From Candidatus Parcubacteria bacterium (GTDB lineage Bacteria; Patescibacteriota; Minisyncoccia; UBA6257; 2-01-FULL-56-20), in assembly GCA_027324805.1 (NCBI GenBank), contig DAHVRZ010000004.1, forward strand, positions 1 through 61,863: a DNA stretch of 61,863 nucleotides, read 5' to 3'. Made by a program: the position numbers and the translations under genes. Below, one piece after another: positions 44,921 to 54,433 of this stretch. How positions within the stretch are numbered: position 1 is the stretch's first letter; every line of letters starts with the position of its first letter. The notes beneath the pieces are model-generated. The model was given only the letters and a program-made list of their open reading frames with translations. It did no database searches and had not been told where the DNA came from.

Positions 44921-46384
44921 ATGCCCATGGCAAACGAAGTCATTCTCAGGTTTAACGAAGTCACCTTCGAATACGGCAAAAAGAAGATCCTCGACGAGGC
45001 GGTGTTTTCGCTGCGGCGAGGGATGAAGATGACCCTCATGGGACAGAATGGCGCGGGTAAGACGACCATATTCCGGCTCATTACAGGAGAATTACACCCC
45101 GAGGAGGGCGGCATCGTGCTCGAGAACGGCATGACAATGGCGATCGCAAAGCAGGTCATTCCCCGCGACCTCCTCGACCGCACGGTTCTGGCATTTTTCG
45201 AAAGCGCGTTTCCCGGCAAAAAAGTATACGACATCGAACCGCGCATCAAGAAAGTGCTCGATATCGTGAACCTTTCGGCCCCGCTCGACCGCACGCTCCG
45301 CACGTTCTCCGGAGGCCAGCAGGCCCGTCTCCTCCTCGCACAGGCGCTCATCCAGGACCCCGACCTCCTGCTCCTCGACGAGCCGACGAACAACCTCGAT
45401 AAAGCCGGTATCGAACACCTCACGAAGTTCCTACAGGAATCGAAGAAAACCGTGATCGTGATCTCTCACGATGCCGACTTCCTGAACGCCTTTACGCAGG
45501 GCGTGCTATATCTCGATGTTTTCACGAAAAAAATCGAACAGTACGTCGGCAACTATTTCGACGTCGTACGCGAGATATCCGCCCGCCTCGAACGCGAACG
45601 CATGAAGAAGGTGCGGCTTGAAAAGGATATACAGCACCGCAAGGATCAGGCGAACTTTTTTGCGCAGAAAGGCGGCCATATGCGCGACGTCGCGCGCAAA
45701 ATGTGGGAAAGGATCGACGAACTCGAGGAGGATATCCCCGAAGAACGCCACGAGGACCGCACGATCCGCAATTTCGCCATCCCGATGCAGGGAGAAGTTT
45801 CCGGCAAGATCATTGAGATCGATGCCGTCTCCGTCGTAAAGAACCATAAGCCGGCGCAGAAAAAACTCGCACACCCCATCACGCTCAAAAAAGGCGAACG
45901 TCTCCGCCTTGAAGGACCGAATGGTATCGGAAAAACCACGCTCCTTGAAGCGCTTGCCACGGGCAAAGCGAAGGGCGTGACGATCGAACCCGGTACGAAG
46001 ATCGGCTATTACCGCCAGGATTTCTCGACGCTCGATTTCGATGACACCGTCTGGCATGCGCTCGCCGACGCCATGAAGGAAGGCAACGAAGAGAAGCTCC
46101 GATCCCACGCGGCAGGCTTTCTCCTTGATGCCGAAACATTGCGTTCGAAGATAGGATCGCTCTCCGAAGGCCAAAAAGGTCTTGTGGCCTTCGCGAAACT
46201 TTCACTCGAGGCCCCGGGACTCCTCATCCTCGACGAACCGACGAACCACATTAACTTTCGCCATCTCCCCATTATCGCCGCCGCACTCGACCGCTACGAA
46301 GGCGCAATGATCCTCGTAAGCCACATGGAGGAATTCGTAAAACAGATCAGGATCGACTACACGCTGGACCTCGGTTCACTCTGA
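44921..46384 (+). CDS. ABC-F family ATPase
   Basis: Two ABC cassettes (GQNGAGKTT and GPNGIGKTT, LSGGQ-type signatures FSGGQQ and LSEGQK), no TM domain. Start set to the ATG at 44921. Confidence 0.9.
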   Translation: MPMANEVILRFNEVTFEYGKKKILDEAVFSLRRGMKMTLMGQNGAGKTTIFRLITGELHPEEGGIVLENGMTMAIAKQVIPRDLLDRTVLAFFESAFPGKKVYDIEPRIKKVLDIVNLSAPLDRTLRTFSGGQQARLLLAQALIQDPDLLLLDEPTNNLDKAGIEHLTKFLQESKKTVIVISHDADFLNAFTQGVLYLDVFTKKIEQYVGNYFDVVREISARLERERMKKVRLEKDIQHRKDQANFFAQKGGHMRDVARKMWERIDELEEDIPEERHEDRTIRNFAIPMQGEVSGKIIEIDAVSVVKNHKPAQKKLAHPITLKKGERLRLEGPNGIGKTTLLEALATGKAKGVTIEPGTKIGYYRQDFSTLDFDDTVWHALADAMKEGNEEKLRSHAAGFLLDAETLRSKIGSLSEGQKGLVAFAKLSLEAPGLLILDEPTNHINFRHLPIIAAALDRYEGAMILVSHMEEFVKQIRIDYTLDLGSL

Positions 46385-46761
46385 TTCCTTTCGAGATCGA
46401 GACAAATCGAATTGATGCAGTAGCGCTTCCCGCCCTTATCGGCGGGACCGTCGTCGAAGACGTGGCCGAGATGCGAGCCGCAGTGTCTGCAGACCACTTC
46501 CGTTCGATGCATGCCGTACGCGTCGTCGTCGCGCAGTTCCACGTTCGCGAGATTCGCTGGCTCGGTGAAGCTCGGCCATCCCGTGCCGGAATCGAACTTC
46601 GCGTCGGATGAAAAAAGCTCGGTGCCGCAGATCGCGCACTTGTACATCCCCTTCGCATGTTCGTCCACATAGTTCCCGGCGAATGGCGCCTCGGTCGCGC
46701 CTTCGCGCGCCACCTTGTAGAGTTCGGGGTCCTTCGCCTTCAATTCGTCGTCGTTTTTCAT
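46357..46761 (-). CDS. msrB: peptide-methionine (R)-S-oxide reductase MsrB
   Basis: CAICGTELF ... GWPSF ... CRHCGSHLGHVF. The start overlaps the msrA stop (TAATG). Confidence 0.9.
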   Translation of the reverse strand: MKNDDELKAKDPELYKVAREGATEAPFAGNYVDEHAKGMYKCAICGTELFSSDAKFDSGTGWPSFTEPANLANVELRDDDAYGMHRTEVVCRHCGSHLGHVFDDGPADKGGKRYCINSICLDLERNQSEPRSSV

Positions 46762-47306
46762 TATTTTGATTTTTCTTTCAATAAATCGGCAAATCGCTTC
46801 TGCAGTTTCTCCACCTTCGGTTCGATGATCATTTGGCAATAGCCGGCATTCGGATTCCTCTTATAATACTCGCGGTGGTACTCCTCAGCATCATAAAATG
46901 CACCGTCCCATTTAATGATCTCCGTGACGACCGGCTTGCCGCCGGGATCGGATGCCTCAAGGCCTTTTATGAACTGTTTCGCCTCATCGCGCTGGGCGTC
47001 GGTCGTATAAAATATGGCCGAACGATACTGCGTGCCGATATCGGCCCCCTGCCGGTTGAGTGTCGTAGGATCGTGCGTCGCAAAGAACACCGTAAGGAGA
47101 TCGCGGAACGAGACCTCCGCCGGATCGAACTCGGTGCGGATCGCTTCCGCATGGCCCGTCTCGCCGGTGCACACCTGTTCATAGGTGGGATTCGGTACCG
47201 TGCCTCCCGTATAACCGGGCATTACGGACGCCACGCCGCGCAGGTTCTCGAAGACCGCTTCCGTACACCAAAAACATCCGCCCGCAAATATCGCCGTTTC
47301 CGTCAT
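46761..47306 (-). CDS. msrA: peptide-methionine (S)-S-oxide reductase MsrA
   Basis: AIFAGGCFWCTEAVF active-site motif. Start trimmed to MTETAIF. Confidence 0.9.
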   Translation of the reverse strand: MTETAIFAGGCFWCTEAVFENLRGVASVMPGYTGGTVPNPTYEQVCTGETGHAEAIRTEFDPAEVSFRDLLTVFFATHDPTTLNRQGADIGTQYRSAIFYTTDAQRDEAKQFIKGLEASDPGGKPVVTEIIKWDGAFYDAEEYHREYYKRNPNAGYCQMIIEPKVEKLQKRFADLLKEKSK

Positions 47307-47408
47307 ATCCTCATTCTCCCATGGAAGCCAATGGGCTCGCAAATCGTTGACGTGGCATAGCCGGGCATATATGCTATCCGAAGAAACCGAAAGAAGGAGG
47401 TAACGGAA

Positions 47409-47807
47409 ATGCATACTTCGGAAACCCTTTGGTTGTTCCTTAAGGAGAAAGAGAAGCACTATGCCGAAGCTGCGCAAAGGGAAGCCGAAAAGTTAGGGCT
47501 CCTTGCGCCGCGACAGCGGATCCGCTGCCAGCTTGCCGCATACGCAACGCTCCTCGAGGATCCCAAGTTCACGAATATGCCTCCCATGAAGTTCTTCACG
47601 CCGGAACTGTTCCGCGAGGCGGGAAGCGAGGCGCGATCGAACCTCATCAAAATAGATTATCTCTGTCGTAATCGCGGGATCGCGACGATGGGGGCGTTCA
47701 TGCGCCTGACCCGGACGGAGATTTTAAAATCGAAAAATATGGGGAAAGGATCCCTCGGATCGATCGACCGATGCCTTGCCCATGTCGGACTCGCTCTCAA
47801 CCCGTAA
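47409..47807 (+). CDS. stand-alone RNA polymerase alpha C-terminal-domain-like (HhH) protein
   Basis: The C-terminal 55 aa, IATMGAFMRLTRTEILKSKNMGKGSLGSIDRCLAHVGLAL, align position-for-position with E. coli alpha-CTD [40 protein letters not shown]. GGAGG lies 8 nt upstream of the ATG. Confidence 0.65.
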   Translation: MHTSETLWLFLKEKEKHYAEAAQREAEKLGLLAPRQRIRCQLAAYATLLEDPKFTNMPPMKFFTPELFREAGSEARSNLIKIDYLCRNRGIATMGAFMRLTRTEILKSKNMGKGSLGSIDRCLAHVGLALNP

Positions 47808-47838
47808 CACGCCTGCGCCGTTGCGGGCTTTTTTATCC

Positions 47839-49671
47839 CTATTCCGCGGAAGCCGCCGTTCGGCCGGCCTTCTTGCGTTCGCTCTCGTTGAGATATTTCT
47901 TGCGGATGCGGATGCTCTGCGGCGTGATCTCGACGAGTTCTTCGTCGTCGATGTAATCAAGTGCGTCCTCGAGCGACATTGTGACCGGAACCTCAAGCTG
48001 ATCAGCAAGGCCTTCGTTCTTGGCACGGAAGTTCGTAAGCTGCTTTTCGCGGGCCACGTGGACGAGAATATCCCCTTCCTTCGCGTTCTCGCCGACAACC
48101 ATGCCTTCGTATACCGCAACGCCGGCGCTGATGAAAAGCTTGCCGCGGCCCTGCGCCGTCACAAGTCCGTAGTTGTTCGAAACTCCTTGCTGGGTCGCCA
48201 CGATCGATCCGTGCGGGATTGCCGTGATATCCCCCTTATACGGCTGGTAACCGAGGAAAATACTATTCATGATGCCGGTGCCTTTGGTCGCGGTGAGGAA
48301 ACGATTGCGGAGGCCGATGAGGCCGCGCGTGGGCGTTTCGAATTCCATAAAGGCATTGCCTTTATCATCCACGCGCATATTGCGCATGACGCCGAGGCGC
48401 TTCCCAAGCATCTCGATCACCGTGCCGGAATACGCTTCGGGGACCTCGACAGACACCAGCTCGATCGGTTCCGTCTTTTTGCCGTTCTCTTCCTTGTAGA
48501 TGACCTGCGGCTTGGAAACTTCCATCTCGAAACCTTCGCGGCGCATCTTTTCGATGAGGATCGCAAGGTGCAATTCTCCGCGGCCCGCGACCGTCCACCG
48601 GTCAGTGGTATCCATGGTTGTTACGGCAAGCGCGACGTCGGTCTCGAGCTCCTTTTTGAGGCGGTCGCTGATCTGGCGCGACGTGGTGAACTTTCCTTCC
48701 TTGCCGCGGAACGGCGACGTATTCACGCTGAACGTCATCTTGATCGTCGGTTCATCGATATGGATGGTCGGCAACGCCACAGGATTCTCCAGGTCCGCAA
48801 TCGTCTCACCGATCGAAATATCGGGAATACCCGCGATCGCGACGATCTCACCCGCCCCGACGGAGTCAACATCAACACGGCCAAGGCCGTCGAACACCAT
48901 CACCGAGGTGATCGATGCCTTTTTGATCTCGCCCGAGCGCGTGATATGCGCGACGGACATCGCCTTCTTGAGCGTACCGGAATAGATGCGGCCGATCGCG
49001 ATCTTACCTTTATAATTATCGTTCGCAAGGTTCACCGTGAGCATCTGCAGCACATTTTCCATATCGGCGGCGGGCTTCTGCGGCGGCGGAAGATGGTTGA
49101 TGATCGCCTCGAAAACCGGCTCGATGTCCTTCATGGACGAAAGGTCGTTCTTGAGGCCGGCTTTGCCTTGCACGCCGGATGCATAAATGATCGGGAACTC
49201 GATCTGCTCTTCCGTGGCATCGAGTTCGAAGAAAAGATCGTAGGTTGCGTTGAGCGCCCATTCGGGACGGGCATCCGGCTTATCGATCTTGTTCACGACA
49301 ACGACCACCTTATGGCCGGCTTGGATCGCTTTGCGGAGAACGAACTTCGTCTGCGGCATCGGACCTTCCTTGGCGTCGATAAGCAGCAGCACGCCGTCCA
49401 CCATGCGCATGATGCGCTCCACCTCGCCGCCGAAATCAGCGTGGCCCGGAGTGTCCACGATATTGATCTTCGTGTCCTTGTACACTACCGATGCATTCTT
49501 GGAAAAGATGGTGATGCCACGCTCGCGCTCAAGCTCGTTGGAGTCCATGATGAGATCGGTCGTCGCGCCGCTCTTCTGGTGAAAGCTCAGGGACTGCTTC
49601 AATAAGGCATCGACGAGAGTCGTCTTGCCGTGGTCAACGTGGGCGATAATGGCGATGTTGCGGATATCCAT
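47839..49671 (-). CDS. typA: translational GTPase TypA/BipA
   Basis: NIAIIAHVDHGKTTLVD, DTPGHADF and EF-G-like domains. Confidence 0.95.
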   Translation of the reverse strand: MDIRNIAIIAHVDHGKTTLVDALLKQSLSFHQKSGATTDLIMDSNELERERGITIFSKNASVVYKDTKINIVDTPGHADFGGEVERIMRMVDGVLLLIDAKEGPMPQTKFVLRKAIQAGHKVVVVVNKIDKPDARPEWALNATYDLFFELDATEEQIEFPIIYASGVQGKAGLKNDLSSMKDIEPVFEAIINHLPPPQKPAADMENVLQMLTVNLANDNYKGKIAIGRIYSGTLKKAMSVAHITRSGEIKKASITSVMVFDGLGRVDVDSVGAGEIVAIAGIPDISIGETIADLENPVALPTIHIDEPTIKMTFSVNTSPFRGKEGKFTTSRQISDRLKKELETDVALAVTTMDTTDRWTVAGRGELHLAILIEKMRREGFEMEVSKPQVIYKEENGKKTEPIELVSVEVPEAYSGTVIEMLGKRLGVMRNMRVDDKGNAFMEFETPTRGLIGLRNRFLTATKGTGIMNSIFLGYQPYKGDITAIPHGSIVATQQGVSNNYGLVTAQGRGKLFISAGVAVYEGMVVGENAKEGDILVHVAREKQLTNFRAKNEGLADQLEVPVTMSLEDALDYIDDEELVEITPQSIRIRKKYLNESERKKAGRTAASAE

Positions 49672-49930
49672 GGAAGCAATAATAAATCCCGTCCGAGGCG
49701 GGATCGGTTTCGGCCTAATGGGGATATTGTAGCAAAAATGGGAGAAAAACGCAATCCTCTTGCGCTACCACCCCACTTCTGAATTATAATACCCGCAGAA
49801 CCGTAACCCCCGCTATGGAGGGTTTATATTTTTCAGAGCGGACAAAAAAAGACGCTTCCCGTTCTTTTACAACAAAATACGGAACGAAACGACATAAAGG
49901 TCGTCAGTATTGCAAAACCTATTTCACACA

Positions 49931-50800
49931 ATGAAAAAGACACTTTTCTTTGCGGTATTGGCGTTCGCATTCGCAGGCTTCGGCTTGCAGGCAGGCATCG
50001 TACATGCGCAGACCACGGACAATACGGCATCGCTCCAACAGCAGCTCGACGTCGCAAAGGCGACGCTTGTGAATTTGGAAATGAAGGCCGGTATGGTCCC
50101 GCAGGGCGATAACCAGCTTGCCGAAGGCGTGACGGGAACGGCTCAACCTGCCGTTTCCGCGGTTCCCGCAACAACGGGACTCACGGCGAGTGAGATCGGC
50201 TATTTCGATGGTGTGCTCAACCAGCTTTCGAACATGCTTTCGGAACTCTCGGCGGCAGTCGCGGCGAATCCCAACATGAGCCAGGCGCAGGTCGCGGCGA
50301 TCGCGTCGACGCTCGGTTCCATGACAAAAACCGTTTCGGCGGTCGCGAACCAGATCGCGCTCGATGAGCAGGGCAACGGAGCACCGATTGCGATGACCTC
50401 GCCTTCGACCCCGACCCATGCGGCGGCCCCGGCGGCGGGCAATGGCGGGACCAAGACCGCGGCGCCCACGGCCCAGGCGGCGCCTGCAACCTCAACCTCA
50501 ACGGTTGCGGCAGCGATGAACACTGCTCCGGCAGCGACCGCGCAGGCATCGTCCTTCTGGTCGTTCACCAAGTCCAACTGGCCGGTGCTCGCGATTATCG
50601 TGTTGGTGATCGCGATTCTCGCGATCCTCTTCTGGCCGGAAAAGGAGGCGAAAGCGCCGACGATAAAATCGTCGGGCTCCGTCCCCCCGTCCAAACCCGC
50701 CGTAACGGCGGCCCAGAATCAGCAGGGGTCGGCAACGAATACCACCGCATCAAAGACGCCCCAAGCGTCTCCGATGGATCAGGCAAAGACGGCCGCATAG
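49931..50800 (+). CDS. secreted/anchored Ala-rich hypothetical protein
   Basis: Signal peptide MKKTLFFAVLAFAFAGFGLQAGIVHAQ, an Ala/Thr-rich body, and a C-terminal TM helix WPVLAIIVLVIAILAILFW. Confidence 0.6.
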   Translation: MKKTLFFAVLAFAFAGFGLQAGIVHAQTTDNTASLQQQLDVAKATLVNLEMKAGMVPQGDNQLAEGVTGTAQPAVSAVPATTGLTASEIGYFDGVLNQLSNMLSELSAAVAANPNMSQAQVAAIASTLGSMTKTVSAVANQIALDEQGNGAPIAMTSPSTPTHAAAPAAGNGGTKTAAPTAQAAPATSTSTVAAAMNTAPAATAQASSFWSFTKSNWPVLAIIVLVIAILAILFWPEKEAKAPTIKSSGSVPPSKPAVTAAQNQQGSATNTTASKTPQASPMDQAKTAA

Positions 50801-50856
50801 ACGACTCAACAAAAAGAACCACTGCAGTGGTTCTTTTTGTTGAGTCCCTTCCCGCA

Positions 50857-51072
50857 CTAAGGCGCGTTTATTTTCTGCGGCACCGCCGGACCGTTGGCCG
50901 TGGCAATGGAAGAAGACGCAACCTCGGAACATGCTTCGATGATGATGGGTGCATAACCGACATCGTGCACGGAAAGATATCCGGCAGCGAAACTGAAGGT
51001 TGAAACAAGGAATATGATACCGGCGAAAACAGGCTTCTTCCGAAGTTCCATATCGGAAGCATATCCCGACAC
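50857..51072 (-). CDS. possible small membrane protein
   Basis: 71-aa ORF with one hydrophobic helix. No other support. Confidence 0.3.
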   Translation of the reverse strand: MSGYASDMELRKKPVFAGIIFLVSTFSFAAGYLSVHDVGYAPIIIEACSEVASSSIATANGPAVPQKINAP

Positions 51073-51113
51073 CCATCAAATTTCCCTCAAGAAAAAATGA
51101 CCGGGCGGAGCCG

Positions 51114-51833
51114 TCAGAACTGGAGATATTCCTCCCACCTCAGATAAAGCTCCCGCGTCGCGCGGATATCGCCGACGTTGTATTTCGCAATATCGAGGAA
51201 TCGTCCCTTTTTGAAAAGCGGCCCCACATCGTCGCCCGTAACGCCCCCGGATTTGGGGCTCGGGATGCCGAATGCGCGGCTCCAAAGATGCAGACTTCCC
51301 TTTCGCCGCACAGCGCCGTAAAACGAAAGCTGTTCGGCAAGGTCGATATGGAGCGCCTCGGGGCTGTTTTGATAAAGATACCGCCCGCGCATGAGGTCTT
51401 TTGCCGGACGGATGCCGTTCACCGCGGAGCGGATCATAAGGAACGGCACGTCGAAAGCGCGGCCGTTGAACGTGACAAAGACCTGGTAGCGCGACGCAAG
51501 CTCCCAGAACTTCCGTATCATATCGGCCTCCGTCATCTGCTTGAACGTGATCCCATCATCCTTGAATTCGGCGTTCTTCTGACCGGGTGCCTGATAATAG
51601 ACAGCACCTTCGTTCTTATGGCAATCAAGCGCTCCGATCGCGACGATTTGCCCGGTGAGCGGCGAAAATCCGAGTCCGTTCTTAAGGTCCTCGAAGGCCA
51701 GTTTGTATTCTTCTTCCGTCTCCGAGTCGCGTCTGATCCAGCGGGTAAGGTTCTCCTTGGTCGCTTTATCGAGAGCGTCGAAGTCCTCGCCCACCGTCTC
51801 AATATCGAAAATAAGCTTGTTGACGGTTGACAT
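51114..51833 (-). CDS. RNase H-like 3'-5' exonuclease domain protein
   Basis: ExoI-like LIFDIETVG at the N-terminus and later acidic motifs. Start trimmed to MSTVNK, 7 nt after TGcTATAGT. Confidence 0.65.
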   Translation of the reverse strand: MSTVNKLIFDIETVGEDFDALDKATKENLTRWIRRDSETEEEYKLAFEDLKNGLGFSPLTGQIVAIGALDCHKNEGAVYYQAPGQKNAEFKDDGITFKQMTEADMIRKFWELASRYQVFVTFNGRAFDVPFLMIRSAVNGIRPAKDLMRGRYLYQNSPEALHIDLAEQLSFYGAVRRKGSLHLWSRAFGIPSPKSGGVTGDDVGPLFKKGRFLDIAKYNVGDIRATRELYLRWEEYLQF

Positions 51834-51855
51834 TAACGGCACTATAGCATAAAAT
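51827..51855 (+). promoter_or_regulatory. sigma-70-type promoter of rpmA, leaderless geometry
   Basis: TTGACA-17 nt-TAAAAT, with the ATG 7 nt downstream. The -35 element overlaps the divergent exonuclease start codon. Confidence 0.65.
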
Positions 51856-51862
51856 TCTTCCC

Positions 51863-52138
51863 ATGGCACATACCAAAGCTATAGGCTCCACAAAGCTCGG
51901 GCGCGATTCTATTTCGAAGCGCCTCGGCGTCAAATTGCAGGACGGCCAGAAGGTCATGGTCGGTCAGATCATCCTTCGCCAGCGGGGAACGAAATACGTT
52001 CCGGGTACGAACGTGATCCGGGCAGACGATGACACTCTTTTCGCCGCCAAAAACGGCGTGGTAAAGTTCACCCGTAAAATGAAAACGAAGTTCGATGGCT
52101 CCCGTAAACAGGCGACGGTCGTGGCGGTGGTAGCCTAA
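51863..52138 (+). CDS. rpmA: 50S ribosomal protein L27
   Basis: [16 protein letters not shown] ... [15 protein letters not shown]. Confidence 0.95.
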   Translation: MAHTKAIGSTKLGRDSISKRLGVKLQDGQKVMVGQIILRQRGTKYVPGTNVIRADDDTLFAAKNGVVKFTRKMKTKFDGSRKQATVVAVVA

Positions 52139-52228
52139 GAAGATCCCCGACAAGATTGTCGGAATCACGGGCGTCAAAATTGACAGAACGCATAAAATGC
52201 TCTATTTGTATTTTCAGGAGGTAGGCGC

Positions 52229-52549
52229 GTGAAAACCGTAATTTGTTTTGACCATGAATGCGAGGAAGGTATTAATGAATTCTGCAAACTGATAGATATC
52301 CCCTTCGCACCATTCGTCGGCATGGGCATTGATGTTGTCCTGTCGGGTTCTGACTACACACTCGGGCCGTACCCAAGAGAGCAGGTCATGACGGTCGTTA
52401 AAGAAGTACGCTGGGACGAATTAAAGGCCATCCTGCTCGTGGTTGTACATCTGGACCCGAATTGGGTAAATCGCGTAGAATTCAACAGCTTCGATCCCTC
52501 TGTTTGGAAAAACACGGAATGGCCCGAATTCTTGGCAAAGCATACATAA
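52229..52549 (+). CDS. hypothetical protein
   Basis: 106-aa ORF with a GTG start 7 nt after AGGAGG. Confidence 0.5.
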   Translation: MKTVICFDHECEEGINEFCKLIDIPFAPFVGMGIDVVLSGSDYTLGPYPREQVMTVVKEVRWDELKAILLVVVHLDPNWVNRVEFNSFDPSVWKNTEWPEFLAKHT

Positions 52550-52618
52550 TCAGCCGAAAACAAAACAGGAAAATGCCGACGAGGCCCGAACTGGATTAAA
52601 AATCCGGACGGGCCTATT

Positions 52619-53068
52619 TTATTCTTCTTTCACCACCCGTATCTTGAGATTTGCCTTCACGCCTTTCTTGAGATCAATCGGCACGAGATGATCGCCGAAT
52701 TCCTTTATGGGGTACTTGAGTTCAATGGATAGCCGTTCGGTCGTCACAAACTTGTGGTCGCGGAGCGCCTTGAGGATGGTATCCTTGTTCACGGACGCGA
52801 AAGGCGCGCCGGATTTGTCCGCCTTCAGGGGAAATTCGAGAATGACGGACTCCATCTCCCGCTTGGCCCCCTCAAGTTCCTTCATGAGCGCCGCATCCGC
52901 CGCATCATGGACAGCCTTCATTTCCTCGATCTTCTTGAGTGCCGCTGCCGTTGCCGGTTCGGCAAGCCTGTTCGGAAGGAGAAAATTGCGCGCGTAGCCG
53001 TCGCTCACATCCTTCGTCTCGTGGCGGCGTCCGACGCCGCGTACATCCTGGAGAAAAATGACCTTCAT
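52619..53068 (-). CDS. rplI: 50S ribosomal protein L9
   Basis: [32 protein letters not shown]. Confidence 0.92.
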   Translation of the reverse strand: MKVIFLQDVRGVGRRHETKDVSDGYARNFLLPNRLAEPATAAALKKIEEMKAVHDAADAALMKELEGAKREMESVILEFPLKADKSGAPFASVNKDTILKALRDHKFVTTERLSIELKYPIKEFGDHLVPIDLKKGVKANLKIRVVKEE

Positions 53069-53111
53069 GGCGGTGATATTATATTGATTTACTGCTTGCC
53101 TGTCGGGTATT

Positions 53112-54395
53112 TTATTGCACGGTCGAACTTGCGGCTGCGGACGCAGACGGAAGCGGGGTGCCGTCTATCTCGGCCTTCACGACTTCAAGGGCCTTCGCCA
53201 TTTGAGGATCCTGGCCGGCCGCCACCTCGGCATCCGTGATCGGCACGACATAATCCGGGATGAGGCCGTCATGGTCGAGGATATGGCCGTTCGGCAAAAC
53301 CCAATGGGCTACGGTGATCTTAAGTGACGAACCGTCGGAAAGGTTGAAAAGCTGCTGGACGGTCCCCTTGCCGAAGCTCCGTTCGCCGATAAGCGGGACG
53401 CCGCGGTCATCGTGGAGCGCGCCGGACAAAATCTCTGCCGCGGACGCCGTACCGCCGTCAATAAGGATCGCCATCGGTATGGCATCAAGCGCGCCATTTC
53501 CTTGCGCCGTATAGTTCTGGGTCGGCACCGCGCGGCCCACCTCTTTCACCACCTGCGACCCGGGCTTCAGGAAATATCCGGCGAGGTCCACTGCCACTTC
53601 GAGATAGCCGCCCGGATCGCCGCGGAGGTCAAGCACGATGCCCTGTGCATTGTTCGCCACCGCCTTCTGGAGGGCCTGGTAGAACAGCGTATCGGAATCC
53701 TGCGTGAACTCGTTGAGCGTGATGACTGCAACATCGCCTTTCATGACGAATTGGACGGTCGGCACGTTGATATTCGCGCGGACGATCTTGAAATCCTTCG
53801 GTGCGCTCCAGCCGGTGCGCAGAATGGAAAGCGTCACCGTCGAGCCGATCGGCCCGCGCACAATATTCACGACGTCGTCCACGGTCATAGTTTGGGTGGA
53901 ACTGCCGTCCACTCCCACGATCGCATCCTCGGGTTTAAGCCCCGCCTGCGCGGCCGGCGTTCCCGAAAGCGGCGAAATCACAACGATGGTGCCCGAAGCA
54001 TTCGTGCCGAGTTCCGCACCGATGCCGCCAAAATTACCCGTAATATTCTGCTGGAACTGCGCGCTATCCTGGGGATCGAAAAACTCGGTATACGGATCAC
54101 CCGTGGAACCCATAAGCCCGGTGATCGCTCCGTAGAGTTTCGCCTGGTTTGTAGTGCTTGGATTATTGAGATAATACTGATTGATATCCTGCCACGCCTG
54201 CCAGAACACGCTGAAATCGGCGGCCGACGGCGTCCCGCTCATGTTCGTAGGATTGATGTTCGTAGCCCCCGTAACGGTTATATTCTCCGGATATTTCCTT
54301 CCCGTGCTCCAGCCCATCCAGAACCCGCTCCCCACGAGGACAAGCCCCAGGACGACGACGGTCGTCACCTGCAAAATCTTCCTTGTTTTGGTCAT
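53112..54395 (-). CDS. S41 family carboxy-terminal processing peptidase
   Basis: N-terminal anchor, a PDZ segment ([13 protein letters not shown]), DLRGDPGG, and a GTASAAEI-type Ser and later Lys region. Confidence 0.85.
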   Translation of the reverse strand: MTKTRKILQVTTVVVLGLVLVGSGFWMGWSTGRKYPENITVTGATNINPTNMSGTPSAADFSVFWQAWQDINQYYLNNPSTTNQAKLYGAITGLMGSTGDPYTEFFDPQDSAQFQQNITGNFGGIGAELGTNASGTIVVISPLSGTPAAQAGLKPEDAIVGVDGSSTQTMTVDDVVNIVRGPIGSTVTLSILRTGWSAPKDFKIVRANINVPTVQFVMKGDVAVITLNEFTQDSDTLFYQALQKAVANNAQGIVLDLRGDPGGYLEVAVDLAGYFLKPGSQVVKEVGRAVPTQNYTAQGNGALDAIPMAILIDGGTASAAEILSGALHDDRGVPLIGERSFGKGTVQQLFNLSDGSSLKITVAHWVLPNGHILDHDGLIPDYVVPITDAEVAAGQDPQMAKALEVVKAEIDGTPLPSASAAASSTVQ

Positions 54396-54433
54396 ATAAG
54401 TAGGTTTATTCTACCATCCGAAATTGCAAATGG

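Noticed and set aside
47776-49605. 609-aa plus-strand ORF
   Set aside because: It is antisense to typA/bipA, which is unambiguous.
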